Assembly (NCBI GenBank): GCA_016208615.1
Contig: JACQXS010000121.1
Coordinates: forward strand, 9,160 to 73,159
Direction: 5' to 3'
Origin: Candidatus Stahliibacteriota bacterium
Lineage (GTDB): Bacteria; Hydrothermota; UBA3073; JACQXS01
Length of the DNA: 64,000 bases
Part shown: positions 1-9,588 of the stretch, piece after piece
Position numbering within the stretch: position 1 is the first letter of the stretch
Layout: every line of letters starts with the position of its first letter
Notes under the pieces: generated by a model
What the model saw: only the letters and a program-made list of their open reading frames with translations
Databases searched by the model: none
What the model was told of the DNA's origin: nothing
Translations under genes and position numbers: made by a program

Positions 1-764
1 TGGTTTATCGTGGTATGGGAGTAGATAATATATCACGGCTCGGACTTGCAGTAAGTTTAGATGGGTTTGAGTTCTTTCGGTTTGATAAGCCGGTCTTTAG
101 TCCTACGACTTTACTTGAAGCCCGTGGTTGTGAAGACCCTCGGATGGTAAAGTTTGGAGATAAGTATTATATGACTTATACTGCTTATTCAGATAAAGGC
201 ACAAGGATAGGGATAGCAACTACGACTAATTTTTTGAATTGGGAGAGATTAGAAGTGGATTGGGATGACGAGAATAATAAAGATGCAGTGCTATTTCCGG
301 AGAAAATAAATGGTAAGTATGTACTTTTACATCGTCCAATGACAGAAAAGCGGATGGGAGTTTGGATTGCCTATTCAGACGATTTAATCCATTGGACAGG
401 ACATAAAGAAATAATGTCCCCTAATAATGATTGGGAGGGACAAAAATTAGGTGCTAATACTCCGCCTATCAAGACAGAAAAGGGATGGCTTCTAATTTAT
501 CACGGCACAGATGAACAGGGAGTATATAGATTAGGGGTAGCTTTTCTTGACCTACATAACCCATCCAAGTTAATCTATCAGCATCCATATCCAATACTTG
601 AGCCAACAGAAGATTACGAATTACGGGGTGAAATACCGCGAGTTGTCTTTGCGGGCGGGATATGCGAGGTCCAAGATAAATACTATATCTATTATGGTGC
701 TGCTGATAGAGTAATAGGTGTAGCTATTGCCGAAAAGGAGGAGATATTAAATCTTGTTAATTAA
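1..764 (+). CDS. GH130 family glycoside hydrolase/phosphorylase (beta-mannoside phosphorylase-like), 5'-truncated at window edge
   Basis: Open frame runs from base 1; GCEDPR and YYGAAD motifs; paralogous to 2666..3592. Confidence 0.7.
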   Translation, partial: VYRGMGVDNISRLGLAVSLDGFEFFRFDKPVFSPTTLLEARGCEDPRMVKFGDKYYMTYTAYSDKGTRIGIATTTNFLNWERLEVDWDDENNKDAVLFPEKINGKYVLLHRPMTEKRMGVWIAYSDDLIHWTGHKEIMSPNNDWEGQKLGANTPPIKTEKGWLLIYHGTDEQGVYRLGVAFLDLHNPSKLIYQHPYPILEPTEDYELRGEIPRVVFAGGICEVQDKYYIYYGAADRVIGVAIAEKEEILNLVN

Positions 765-779
765 TAATGGGAGGGCGAG

Positions 780-992
780 ATGAGTTATAAAGTAATTATA
801 GAAGAGGAAAATGACGGAAGATATTCAGCTTCCTGCCCCGGGCTTCCAGGATGTTATTCATGGGGACATAGCAAAAAGGAAGCACTTGAAAATATCAAAG
901 AAGCTATAGAAGGTTATTTAGAAGTAGCAGATGAGTTGATAAATGAGAAGCTCCGGAATAAGAAAGCAGTTTTAGAAGAAATTACAGTATAA
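780..992 (+). CDS. hicB: HicB-like antitoxin (UPF0150 family)
   Basis: 70 aa; pattern ...GYSASCPGLPGCYSWGHSKKEALENIKEAIE typical of HicB/UPF0150; sits directly upstream of a HicA-like ORF. Confidence 0.6.
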   Translation: MSYKVIIEEENDGRYSASCPGLPGCYSWGHSKKEALENIKEAIEGYLEVADELINEKLRNKKAVLEEITV

Positions 993-994
993 GT

Positions 995-1165
995 ATGGGC
1001 AAAATGATTCCTGTATCGGGGAACCGGATGGTCAAAGTCCTTCAAGAAGTGGGATTTGTCATAAAAAGACAGAAGGGGAGCCATATTATAATGAGCGACG
1101 GAAACAGAATAGTAGTAGTTCCTTGTCATGGGAATGAAACCTATCTTGCAAGAGCATATAGTTAA
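995..1165 (+). CDS. hicA: HicA-like mRNA interferase toxin (YcfA family)
   Basis: 56-aa ORF not in the supplied track (read by hand): MGKMIPVSGNRMVKVLQEVGFVIKRQKGSHIIMSDGNRIVVVPCHGNE...; conserved KGSH and VPxHG motifs; 2 bp after hicB. Confidence 0.55.
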   Translation: MGKMIPVSGNRMVKVLQEVGFVIKRQKGSHIIMSDGNRIVVVPCHGNETYLARAYS

Positions 1166-1421
1166 AGCTTGTAAAATCAAAAAGTGTAAGCGTTTTTTAG
1201 AAGAAGGAAAGAATTATACCAAACAATAATTAAAAATCTTTATGCTTATCCACTTAACTCCATTAAATTTATGCCTATTCCCGCTATTGGTGGGACTTTC
1301 CTGCCCTTATCAGTCATTTTCAGGGAGAGAAGCAAAACCATTGTATATCAGCCTATTCCAGAAGATTAGTGGAGCAAAGGAGATAAGCATTAAAATCTTT
1401 TAGTGAAAGAGGAGGAGAAAA

Positions 1422-2540
1422 ATGGGGATTTTTGATTTTATATCAAAAAAGAGGAAAGAAAGTGATGAAAAGACGAAGGGAAAAGGCAAGAAAGTACATC
1501 ACTTCTATCCAACATCTTCAACTACAACAAAGAAACCCAAAAAGGTAACTGATAGAACTACCAGAAGAAAGGGAGAAAAAAAGCCCAAAAACGAAAAGAA
1601 ACTACTTCAAGATTTTAAAGACTATTGCATAAGAAAAAGTATACCAGATGAGAAGTTAAATTTAATTGAAAAAGAAATAGATGATCTGAAGTGGCTTCAG
1701 GACGAAGATCAAAGGAGATTGAGTTGGGAGAGGATTTGCAATAATAAAGAATTATTTCAAGAGTTTGTCAAAGAAAACAAAGATAAGGTGGATTGGAAAT
1801 TATTATGTAGTGAAATAGCATACTACTGGATATCGGAAAAATTTATCAGAGAATTCCAAGATAAAGTAGACTGGAAGGAACTTTCAAAAATTTGGACTCT
1901 TCACGAGTCTTTTTCTGGTAAAGACAAGATAGAATTAGCTTTAGATTCCGGCCCAAATCCAAGAACCGTTACTCTTCTCATTATCCCATTTTCTCAAGAG
2001 TTTGCTAAAGACTTTCGAGATAAAATAGATTGGACTATAGCAAAGAAACCAATTAGTATGCTCATAGAAGAAAATAAAGAATTGAAAGCCATTAGTGACT
2101 CCTGCATAGAGAAAGCAAAGCAATGTCCAATTACAGAAAAAAGAGATTACATTGCTCTTGCCAGTAATGCAATATATGATGCAACTGAGAGGGATTACGC
2201 CCAACGGGAGAGAGACAAGTATATGATAGAGCGTTTATATAAAGAAGACCCCATCCTTCTGCAGATATATAAAGATGCACTAAAAGAAGCAATTAAAGAA
2301 CTTGAAGCCAAATCTGCTGAAAAGCAAGAAATAGAATATAGACAGAGAGAAAGAGAGATAGAAAGAGAACCGCCAAGAGAATCTATGGTTACCAAAGCAG
2401 GAAAAGCATTTTTACGGTCTCCCGGTCTTCAAGATGCTACTGCGGCATTTTGGGCAGTTAGTCATTTAGCTGAAAAAATGGGTAAAGATTTAGAAAAGGA
2501 GCAAAAAGAAAACTATGAAAAATGGTTAAGAGGGTATTAG
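1422..2540 (+). CDS. hypothetical Lys/Glu-rich protein with internal DKVDWKxL sequence repeats
   Basis: 372-aa ORF preceded by GAGGAG RBS; low-complexity K-rich N-terminus; repeated FxDKVDWKELS / FRDKIDWTIAKK segments; no family recognised. Confidence 0.45.
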   Translation: MGIFDFISKKRKESDEKTKGKGKKVHHFYPTSSTTTKKPKKVTDRTTRRKGEKKPKNEKKLLQDFKDYCIRKSIPDEKLNLIEKEIDDLKWLQDEDQRRLSWERICNNKELFQEFVKENKDKVDWKLLCSEIAYYWISEKFIREFQDKVDWKELSKIWTLHESFSGKDKIELALDSGPNPRTVTLLIIPFSQEFAKDFRDKIDWTIAKKPISMLIEENKELKAISDSCIEKAKQCPITEKRDYIALASNAIYDATERDYAQRERDKYMIERLYKEDPILLQIYKDALKEAIKELEAKSAEKQEIEYRQREREIEREPPRESMVTKAGKAFLRSPGLQDATAAFWAVSHLAEKMGKDLEKEQKENYEKWLRGY

Positions 2541-2665
2541 CATTGTTAGACCAATATGCAGAAATGGTAAGAAAGTAGCAATCGGTGTTTATTTTTATTG
2601 CTTGGATGTGGGTGAGTTTAAGACAACGAGGAAGCTTATGATATTAAAATAGATGGAGGCAGAAA

Positions 2666-3592
2666 ATGAAGATATTTGATAGATATAAGAATAATCCGAT
2701 ACTTATGCCTATAAAAGAGCATCCGTGGGAAGCGTTTATGGTCTATAATTGTGGTGCTATTTATAAAAATGGTAAAGTTTATCTAATATACAGGGCACAG
2801 GGAGAAAAGGGTGGTGTATCAAGGTTTGGGCTTGCATCAAGTAAAGATGGCTTTCATATAGATGAGCGGTTACCCGACCCAATATATGCTCCTGAGCCGG
2901 GTAATGAGTTTGAACTTTATGGCTGTGAGGATCCGCGTCTTACTTTGCTTGGAGATAGGATTTATATGTGTTATAGTGCTATTGGTGAGTTAAGTCAAAT
3001 GACTTCGTATGCCAAAACAATACAGGTAGGAATGACATCTATTAGTGTTCAGGATTTCCTTGTCTCTAAATGGAATTGGGGTAAGCGAATCTATCCATTA
3101 CCACGAGTAGATAATAAGAATGCGTGTCTTTTGCCTGAAAAAATAAATGGTAAATATGTTATGTTTCACCGACTTCCACCGCATATATGGATATCGTATT
3201 CGGATGATTTGGAACATTGGGGGGGCTTAAAAATTCTAATGAGTCCACAAAAGGAGTGGGAATATTTTAAGGTCGGACTAGGTCCTTCGCCTATTAAGAC
3301 AGAAAAGGGATGGCTATTTATTTATCATGGAGTAGATAATAAGCTGCGATATAGGTTGGGGTTGGCTTTTTTAGACCTTGCTGACCCATCTAAAGTAATT
3401 TGGCGTAGCAGTGAGCCAATTCTTGAACCCGAAGAAGAGTTTGAAAAAAAAGGCGTTATTCCTAATGTAGTTTATAGTTGCGGAGCAGTAGTGATTGGGG
3501 AGAAGCTTTTCATTTATTACGGTGCTGCGGATACGGTTATATGTGTGGCGACCACTAAACTATCTAATCTACTATCACTGATAAAGAGATGA
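2666..3592 (+). CDS. GH130 family glycoside hydrolase/phosphorylase
   Basis: 308 aa; NNPIL, GCEDPRL, YHG and YYGAAD motifs of GH130. Confidence 0.75.
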   Translation: MKIFDRYKNNPILMPIKEHPWEAFMVYNCGAIYKNGKVYLIYRAQGEKGGVSRFGLASSKDGFHIDERLPDPIYAPEPGNEFELYGCEDPRLTLLGDRIYMCYSAIGELSQMTSYAKTIQVGMTSISVQDFLVSKWNWGKRIYPLPRVDNKNACLLPEKINGKYVMFHRLPPHIWISYSDDLEHWGGLKILMSPQKEWEYFKVGLGPSPIKTEKGWLFIYHGVDNKLRYRLGLAFLDLADPSKVIWRSSEPILEPEEEFEKKGVIPNVVYSCGAVVIGEKLFIYYGAADTVICVATTKLSNLLSLIKR

Positions 3593-4809
3593 AAATAGGG
3601 GCAGAATTGGGTGAGGGCGAAATAGTAAAGATTGCGAGTGATAAGTATATCTTTAAGATTGCTTCATATACTAATAATCCAATCTTGAAACCCCAAGATA
3701 TTGGACTTGTGTGGGAAGAGGATGGTAAACTACACACGGGTGCTGTGTTTAATGGCGGGGCTGAAATATTTGTTGAAAATTCCCGATTAAAATCGGGGGA
3801 AGATAAAATAATACTTACTCCGCGTTGCCATAAATACTATAAGAAGGGTAAGTTCTTTGACCCTAATCTTGGAATTGAACGCTCGTATATGGAAAATTAC
3901 ATTTCTGAGGTATGGGTGCTATCAAGCGAAGATGGGATTAAGTTTAATAGATTTAAGAATGTTGAAAATCCCGTTGAAAATCCCGCAGCAGGCGGGGCAG
4001 CAAGCGGGGTGGTCATCAAAGGAGATAGAAGCGAGCATAAGGATTTTATTTATGGAATAGAAGATATAAGAATTATTAGGCATAGTGATTATTATTTCCT
4101 TATAGGGTGTGGCAAAATTAAACCCCCATTTAAGGGTAAAAATGCTGATAGAATTGCTATTTATACTACACAGGATTTTAGCAATATCAAATATCACGGT
4201 ATAATAGATGCTTTTGATTCACGGAATGCTGTTTTTTTTGATAATTATATGTTGCTCAGGTTTTATCCTAATATGCATTTAGCGAGAGTTGAGCCGGAAC
4301 AATTATTAAATCCTGTTGAGCATCGTGAATATTGGGAGCAAATTTATGATAGAAGGGAGCATAACTTACTACTTAAAGCAGGTATTTATCCTCATGAAAG
4401 CGAAAAGATAGGTGCTGGCACACAAGCGATTAAAACAGATAGGGGATGGCTAATTATTTATCATGCGGTAGGTGAAATAGGAGCGGATATTTGTAAATCT
4501 TACGGCATAAAAGATGGAATTAAGCGTAGCTATTCTGTATGTACGGCTTTATTAGATTTGGCTGACCCGCATAAAGTAATTTGTCGGACTAATTTGCCAA
4601 TTTATATCCCTTCTATGCCATATGAATTATATGGAAATGAACAATACCCGGTTGATATACCATCAGTTGTTTTTCCTGTAGGTGCAATAGTTTATGAAGA
4701 TAAGCTACTTATCTATTGTGGAGCTGGAGATAAATATACTATACTTTTGAGCTGTAGCACGGATAAGTTAGTGAACTATCTTTTAGAGTATTGTGAAATT
4801 CAAACTTGA
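3589..4809 (+). CDS. GH130-like (glycosidase-related) protein with N-terminal extension; carries an in-frame GC-rich repeat insertion
   Basis: 406 aa; NNPILKP and GWLIIYHAVGE motifs; bases 3961-4009 are the dispersed repeat gttgaaaatccc x2 + gcagcaggcgggg x2, encoding [16 protein letters not shown]. Confidence 0.55.
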   Translation: MKIGAELGEGEIVKIASDKYIFKIASYTNNPILKPQDIGLVWEEDGKLHTGAVFNGGAEIFVENSRLKSGEDKIILTPRCHKYYKKGKFFDPNLGIERSYMENYISEVWVLSSEDGIKFNRFKNVENPVENPAAGGAASGVVIKGDRSEHKDFIYGIEDIRIIRHSDYYFLIGCGKIKPPFKGKNADRIAIYTTQDFSNIKYHGIIDAFDSRNAVFFDNYMLLRFYPNMHLARVEPEQLLNPVEHREYWEQIYDRREHNLLLKAGIYPHESEKIGAGTQAIKTDRGWLIIYHAVGEIGADICKSYGIKDGIKRSYSVCTALLDLADPHKVICRTNLPIYIPSMPYELYGNEQYPVDIPSVVFPVGAIVYEDKLLIYCGAGDKYTILLSCSTDKLVNYLLEYCEIQT

Positions 4810-4844
4810 CAATTCTCTATTTCTTTGTATAAGTATATTAAAAT

Positions 4845-4917
4845 GCGGGTGTAGTTCAGTTGGTAGAACGTCAGCTTCCCAAGCTGGATGTCGTGGGTCC
4901 GAGTCCCATCACCCGCT
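4845..4917 (+). tRNA. tRNA-Gly (anticodon CCC)
   Basis: Hand-folded cloverleaf: acceptor GCGGGTG/CACCCGC, D stem GTTC/GAAC, anticodon stem TCAGC/GCTGG with loop TTCCCAA, T stem GTGGG/CCCAT; no encoded CCA. Confidence 0.8.
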
Positions 4918-5093
4918 TAGGATAATTTAGTAAAATGAACGACTCTAAAAAGGAATTTTATTTTAATATCAAAGATATAAAATCAAATAGCAAGTATACA
5001 AATCAAAAATTAAAAAGTAGGGATACATCAGAGATAATCGGAATCTTTACATACACTCAAAGATAAGGAATAATATTTGATATTGTTTTATAT

Positions 5094-5167
5094 GGGCACT
5101 TGGCGCAGTTGGTTAGCGCGCTTGCTTGACATGCAAGAGGCCAGAGGTTCAAATCCTCTAGTGCCCA
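5094..5167 (+). tRNA. tRNA-Val (anticodon GAC)
   Basis: Acceptor GGGCACT/AGTGCCC, D stem GCGC/GCGC, anticodon stem CTTGC/GCAAG with loop TTGACAT, T stem AGAGG/CCTCT with loop TTCAAAT. Confidence 0.8.
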
Positions 5168-5169
5168 GA

Positions 5170-5215
5170 CTTAAAGATACGGAAAGGTCGCTGGTTCAAG
5201 TCCGGCACCACCCAA
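5170..5215 (+). other. tRNA 3'-half-like fragment (T-arm + acceptor 3' strand only)
   Basis: ...ggtcgctggTTCAAGTccggcaccaccca contains a canonical T-loop and a 3' acceptor-like strand but no 5' half; lies directly after tRNA-Val. Confidence 0.35.
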
Positions 5216-5234
5216 AGAGTAAAAAGGAGACATA

Positions 5235-5726
5235 ATGAAGATACAAGAATTTTTGGGAGAAATAGAGGTTTTTAAGGGCTTAAATGCAAGTGACATTGAA
5301 AAGGTAGCCAATATTTGTATAGTAAAAGAGTTTAAGGATGGTGACACTATATTTTCTAAAGACGATATGTCCGAAGAATTGTATATCTTACAATCCGGTA
5401 GATGTGATGTAAAGATTTTTATGGGCAGCATAGAGAAAGCTTACACTCTTTATCAATTGAATGTGGGCGACATTTTTGGTGAACTTGGCTTTATTGATGG
5501 CTCACCAAGGTCTGCTACTGTCAATTGTAATAAGGAAGCAAAAGTTATCATCCTTCCAAGAGAAGCATTTGCTATGCTATGTAGCGAGAATACTCATATT
5601 GGACATATATTAATGAAGAATATAGCTGTTGTTTTAGCCCACAAACTCAGAGAAACAGATGAAGAGATTAAAAACTTCTCACTCCCTCAAAAGATTAGAT
5701 TTAGAAAACTATTCCATATAGGATAA
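5235..5726 (+). CDS. cyclic nucleotide-binding (CAP effector) domain protein
   Basis: 163 aa; GDxIFxxGD...LYILxSG...GExGxIDGxPRSATV pattern of cNMP-binding domains; AAAAAGGAGA RBS. Confidence 0.65.
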   Translation: MKIQEFLGEIEVFKGLNASDIEKVANICIVKEFKDGDTIFSKDDMSEELYILQSGRCDVKIFMGSIEKAYTLYQLNVGDIFGELGFIDGSPRSATVNCNKEAKVIILPREAFAMLCSENTHIGHILMKNIAVVLAHKLRETDEEIKNFSLPQKIRFRKLFHIG

Positions 5727-5756
5727 ACTATATATAGTCTGATAGTCGTTATGACC

Positions 5757-7802
5757 TTACGAGTTTTGTTTAGTTTTATTTGGTAGGGGTAGAGTAAGTT
5801 GTTTATCTCCAGTTATAGTTGGCAGTCCTATCCTTTGTTCCACTGTTTGTAGAATTTTTTCCAGCATCTCTTTGTATGATATATTGGCAATTTTTGCCAT
5901 TTTAGCCAAATGCCCATCCCAACACCAACCTGGATTAGGATTTACTTCAAGCAGATGTGGATTACCCTCACTATCAAGTCTCCAATCAAACCTGCAATAA
6001 TCGCGGCAATCAAGACGCTCAAATAATTCTACACACCACTCTCTAATAAGTTTCTGTGTCTCGCCCTGTAAATTAGCAGGAATAGATTTGATATTATTCC
6101 AATAAGGCGAGTTAGGTAGCCATTTGGCTTCGTAACCACAGATGCGTGGTAATCCATCCGGTAAAAGCGAGTAATCCTCTTCAATGAGGGGCAAAATCTT
6201 ATACGACTCTGGTGGATTACCTATTATCCCTACACTAACATCGCTTCCTGTAAGATATTCCTCTACAAGGATAGGTTTATCGTAGCCAAATTTATCCCGT
6301 ATTTCAGAAATGGCATTTACCAGTGTCTCCACATTAGTAGCTACACTTCGTTGAGTTATGCCAAAGCTTGAGTCACCAAAGTTTGGCTTGACTATAACTG
6401 GGAAATCAAATTGTAATCCAAAAACAGTGTCCTCAGGTTTAATGAAAAATGCTTTGGGGATCGGGATACCCATTTCTTCTGCAATGCCACGGACAAGTGA
6501 TTTGTCATAACAATTAGCAAGGCATTGGGGTCCGCTACCTGTATAAGATATTCCGAGTATCTCTAATAAAGCAGGTATATGTAATTCTTTAATCGGCTCA
6601 TTATAGTATCCCTCGTCACAAAGATTGAGCACAAAATCTACTTTACCACGCAAATTCAATAAATCCGGAATAAGAGTAGTATGGTTATTCAAATAGATAA
6701 ACCGATATGAAGGTAGCTCTCTTAAAGCATCTTTTAACTGGTCTATGGTATAGAAATCATCCTCATCAAACACAGCCAATGGTTTTATTACATCTTGCCT
6801 GCCCGGGTCACCCAAAACTACTGCTACAACTTGCGCATCTTCTTTGGGTTTTTTCTTTTCCGGCGTCCATTCCTTTCTTGCCACAGCAGAAGCAATAAGA
6901 CGGCGTTCCATCATCCCTAAATCCTGATTCCGCTTAGAGTCGGCAATAAATTCAGCGTGAAAAACAACATCCTTAAACCCTGCTTCCTCTAAAAGGTGGG
7001 TCAAACTTTCCTTAGTATAAAGGCGTTCGGCATAAAATTGGTCTGCCAACACTCCCTTCTGTGTGTGATTGATTACTTCTCTTGATATAAGTCTTTGCTC
7101 ATCAGTAGAAAGCGACCTTTCACGGCAGACAAAATGGCTCTTATCTATCCATTCCCACGAGCGGGGATGGAAATTGGCTCTCAAATAGGCGCCATCAGCC
7201 ACATCTATAAGCAACTTAGCCCATGGCTTTAGAACTCTAATTACCTCTTTTAGCACGCGTAAATCTTCTTTAACCGTATCAAAATAGCCAAAACTATTGC
7301 CCAAAATCATAACAACATCAAAACTATCAGTTGTATAGGGTAATTTCCTCGCATCTCCTTCTCGAAATTTAACAAAAATGCCTTCCTTTTTAGCAGTGGA
7401 TTTAGACTTCTGAATAAGGTAATGCGAACGGTCTAATCCATCAATATACTTAAATCCTCTTCTGGCAAATTCAAGAGCGTGTCGACCCTGACCACAACAT
7501 AAATCAAGTACCTTATCTTCGGGCGAAAGCTTTAGAATATTGGAAAATAAATCAATTTCTTGACGAGTTATGGATTGGTCATCTACTATATCACCATCCG
7601 TTTTGAGGTAAAGTGAGTTAAATATTCTGCACCACCAATCTGAACTCACATGTTCTTCCAGACTTTTTACCGGTCCTAATAACTTTACCCCATGTTTCAC
7701 TCCTTTACCTCTGCGTTGTTGTAGCGGAGTTCCGCTTTTGGCGGAATAAACTCCACTCTCGTTCCGATGAGACGGAGGTTTTTCCTCCCCCTTTTCTGCC
7801 AT
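5757..7802 (-). CDS. fusion protein: N-terminal class I SAM-dependent methyltransferase + C-terminal D-Ala-D-Ala ligase-like ATP-grasp domain
   Basis: 681 aa; VLDLCCGQGRHALEFARRG (SAM motif I) in the N-terminal half; C-terminal half has the Ddl-like pattern (PVIVKPNFGDSSFGI..., EEYLTGSDVSVGIIGN). Confidence 0.6.
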   Translation of the reverse strand: MAEKGEEKPPSHRNESGVYSAKSGTPLQQRRGKGVKHGVKLLGPVKSLEEHVSSDWWCRIFNSLYLKTDGDIVDDQSITRQEIDLFSNILKLSPEDKVLDLCCGQGRHALEFARRGFKYIDGLDRSHYLIQKSKSTAKKEGIFVKFREGDARKLPYTTDSFDVVMILGNSFGYFDTVKEDLRVLKEVIRVLKPWAKLLIDVADGAYLRANFHPRSWEWIDKSHFVCRERSLSTDEQRLISREVINHTQKGVLADQFYAERLYTKESLTHLLEEAGFKDVVFHAEFIADSKRNQDLGMMERRLIASAVARKEWTPEKKKPKEDAQVVAVVLGDPGRQDVIKPLAVFDEDDFYTIDQLKDALRELPSYRFIYLNNHTTLIPDLLNLRGKVDFVLNLCDEGYYNEPIKELHIPALLEILGISYTGSGPQCLANCYDKSLVRGIAEEMGIPIPKAFFIKPEDTVFGLQFDFPVIVKPNFGDSSFGITQRSVATNVETLVNAISEIRDKFGYDKPILVEEYLTGSDVSVGIIGNPPESYKILPLIEEDYSLLPDGLPRICGYEAKWLPNSPYWNNIKSIPANLQGETQKLIREWCVELFERLDCRDYCRFDWRLDSEGNPHLLEVNPNPGWCWDGHLAKMAKIANISYKEMLEKILQTVEQRIGLPTITGDKQLTLPLPNKTKQNS

Positions 7803-7981
7803 TTTAACCTCCTGTTTTATTAAATTGTTTTCAACTCCCCCGCTTGCTGCGGGATTCCCAACGGGATTTTCAACAAAATAAATAGATATAAGTGCTTGTC
7901 AAGTCTTTTTTTGTGCCGTATTATAAATTAATAAAATTTAGTGGCTAAAATAAGACTTTACCCAAAATAAATAAGGAAGTT

Positions 7982-9322
7982 TTAATAAAAATAAACGAAA
8001 TTAAGAAAAGGAAAGCCGATAGGAGCAACATTTGAAATCCACTCAAACATATGTGGGTATAGCAGGCCGAAATCTGCTGTAAGATTTGTTCCGCAAAACC
8101 TTGCCCCGATAAAAAGATTGGGAATGTGGTGGTACTCGTTGTCCCATTTTATTAGTAGGTGCCAGTATTCGGCTAAAAATTTAATTTTCCCTACTCCATT
8201 TTTTATTCCTACATAAGCACAAAATAAATTACCACCCATAGGGGTAAGGATTGCATTACCTGCTCCTCCTCCAAAAGTAATTTGAGTTCCCGGCTTTTCC
8301 TGAGTCATACCGACATAAGCTGCTCCCCAGAAGGTGTTTTCCACTTCTTGCATAAATGGCATAGCTATAAAATGCGCCCCACAGGATACATATTGCCCTT
8401 TACCTGAGTCATATACTTTTACCTTTGGACCAAAGTAGTATAACCAATTATCAGGAGTAGTAGGGATTAATGTAAAACCGAAATCTATCATAAAATTATT
8501 AGTCAATCCGTATGCCGTCCACACAAAAAATAACTCGTAATCAGCAAAGTATCTTTCTCCTTTCCTAAGAGTATTACCTGTGGGCATTATGAACAGTCGA
8601 GACTTATTAGGGTCTGCTCTAAATCCCTTTAGTTTGACGGTAATACCTGTTGATTCTGCTACTTTTTTTAACTTATTCTGAATATTGACCAATTCTGTAT
8701 CAGGTAAAAATACTATAGAAATATCGTCAGTTTTTGATTTGATTAATAGATAATAGAGAGTATCTTCCTTTAAGATTATGGCTTCCTCTAAGTCTTTGAC
8801 ATCAAACAGTTCAAAATGTTTGTTTTCTGTCTCATCAATTGTTTTACCTACATATGGCGAAAGTTCTATCGCTTTTAGTCTGCTTACAGGGCTGTACATA
8901 AATACCTTTCCTGTATCTCTCTTTACATATTCCATTCGCGGAATATTCCATTTCTCTTCAAAAGCCCGTTTGTTCTCATCTGACTTGCTTATTTCTTCAT
9001 AACGGTCCAAATAATCTCTAAGTATTTCAATTTCTCTCTCACTCTGTTGGAATCTTGTTTTTTCTTCCATCCCGTCCTTTTCATATCTAATTTCAGCAAC
9101 ATAAGTGCTATCCGGAAGTTGCAATAATACCGCCGATTTGAATCCTTTGATATCTTGGAAAAACTCAAAATGCTCCCTTTCTATTACATCTATTACCTCT
9201 CCCACTTTATCGCTGAGTATAATCACTTTTTCCTCATTCTCTGCCAATGCAGTCCCACCCCCACACACTCCTATTTGAATTGACAATAAGACTAATGCCT
9301 GAAACTTTAGAATTTTACCCAT
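7982..9322 (-). CDS. hypothetical secreted protein (signal peptide; aromatic C-terminus)
   Basis: 446 aa; N-terminal hydrophobic signal LVLLSIQIGVCGGGTALA; ends ...FLNFVYFY. Confidence 0.4.
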   Translation of the reverse strand: MGKILKFQALVLLSIQIGVCGGGTALAENEEKVIILSDKVGEVIDVIEREHFEFFQDIKGFKSAVLLQLPDSTYVAEIRYEKDGMEEKTRFQQSEREIEILRDYLDRYEEISKSDENKRAFEEKWNIPRMEYVKRDTGKVFMYSPVSRLKAIELSPYVGKTIDETENKHFELFDVKDLEEAIILKEDTLYYLLIKSKTDDISIVFLPDTELVNIQNKLKKVAESTGITVKLKGFRADPNKSRLFIMPTGNTLRKGERYFADYELFFVWTAYGLTNNFMIDFGFTLIPTTPDNWLYYFGPKVKVYDSGKGQYVSCGAHFIAMPFMQEVENTFWGAAYVGMTQEKPGTQITFGGGAGNAILTPMGGNLFCAYVGIKNGVGKIKFLAEYWHLLIKWDNEYHHIPNLFIGARFCGTNLTADFGLLYPHMFEWISNVAPIGFPFLNFVYFY

Positions 9323-9588
9323 ACATTCTCCTTTTAAAATTTTATGTATCCAGATATTCCTATAGCCATTATGTTTGTTACCTTTTCATAGGAAGTTTCG
9401 TAAGAAGAATAAGAAGTGTCTTCATCTGAATAATATACTTCATAGACTATAGGTGCAGTAATTTCTGGAAGAATATCAATTTCAAACATTAATCCTATGT
9501 TTCCTATCCCAGTATAATCTAATCCGAAAGAGGTAATCGTACTTCTTATGCTTTCTTGAAGGAGAACCTCCTCCTCGCAAGACGGCCC

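Noticed and set aside
914-1180. 88-aa minus-strand ORF
   Set aside because: Fully overlaps the HicB/HicA genes on the opposite strand; no RBS or family support.
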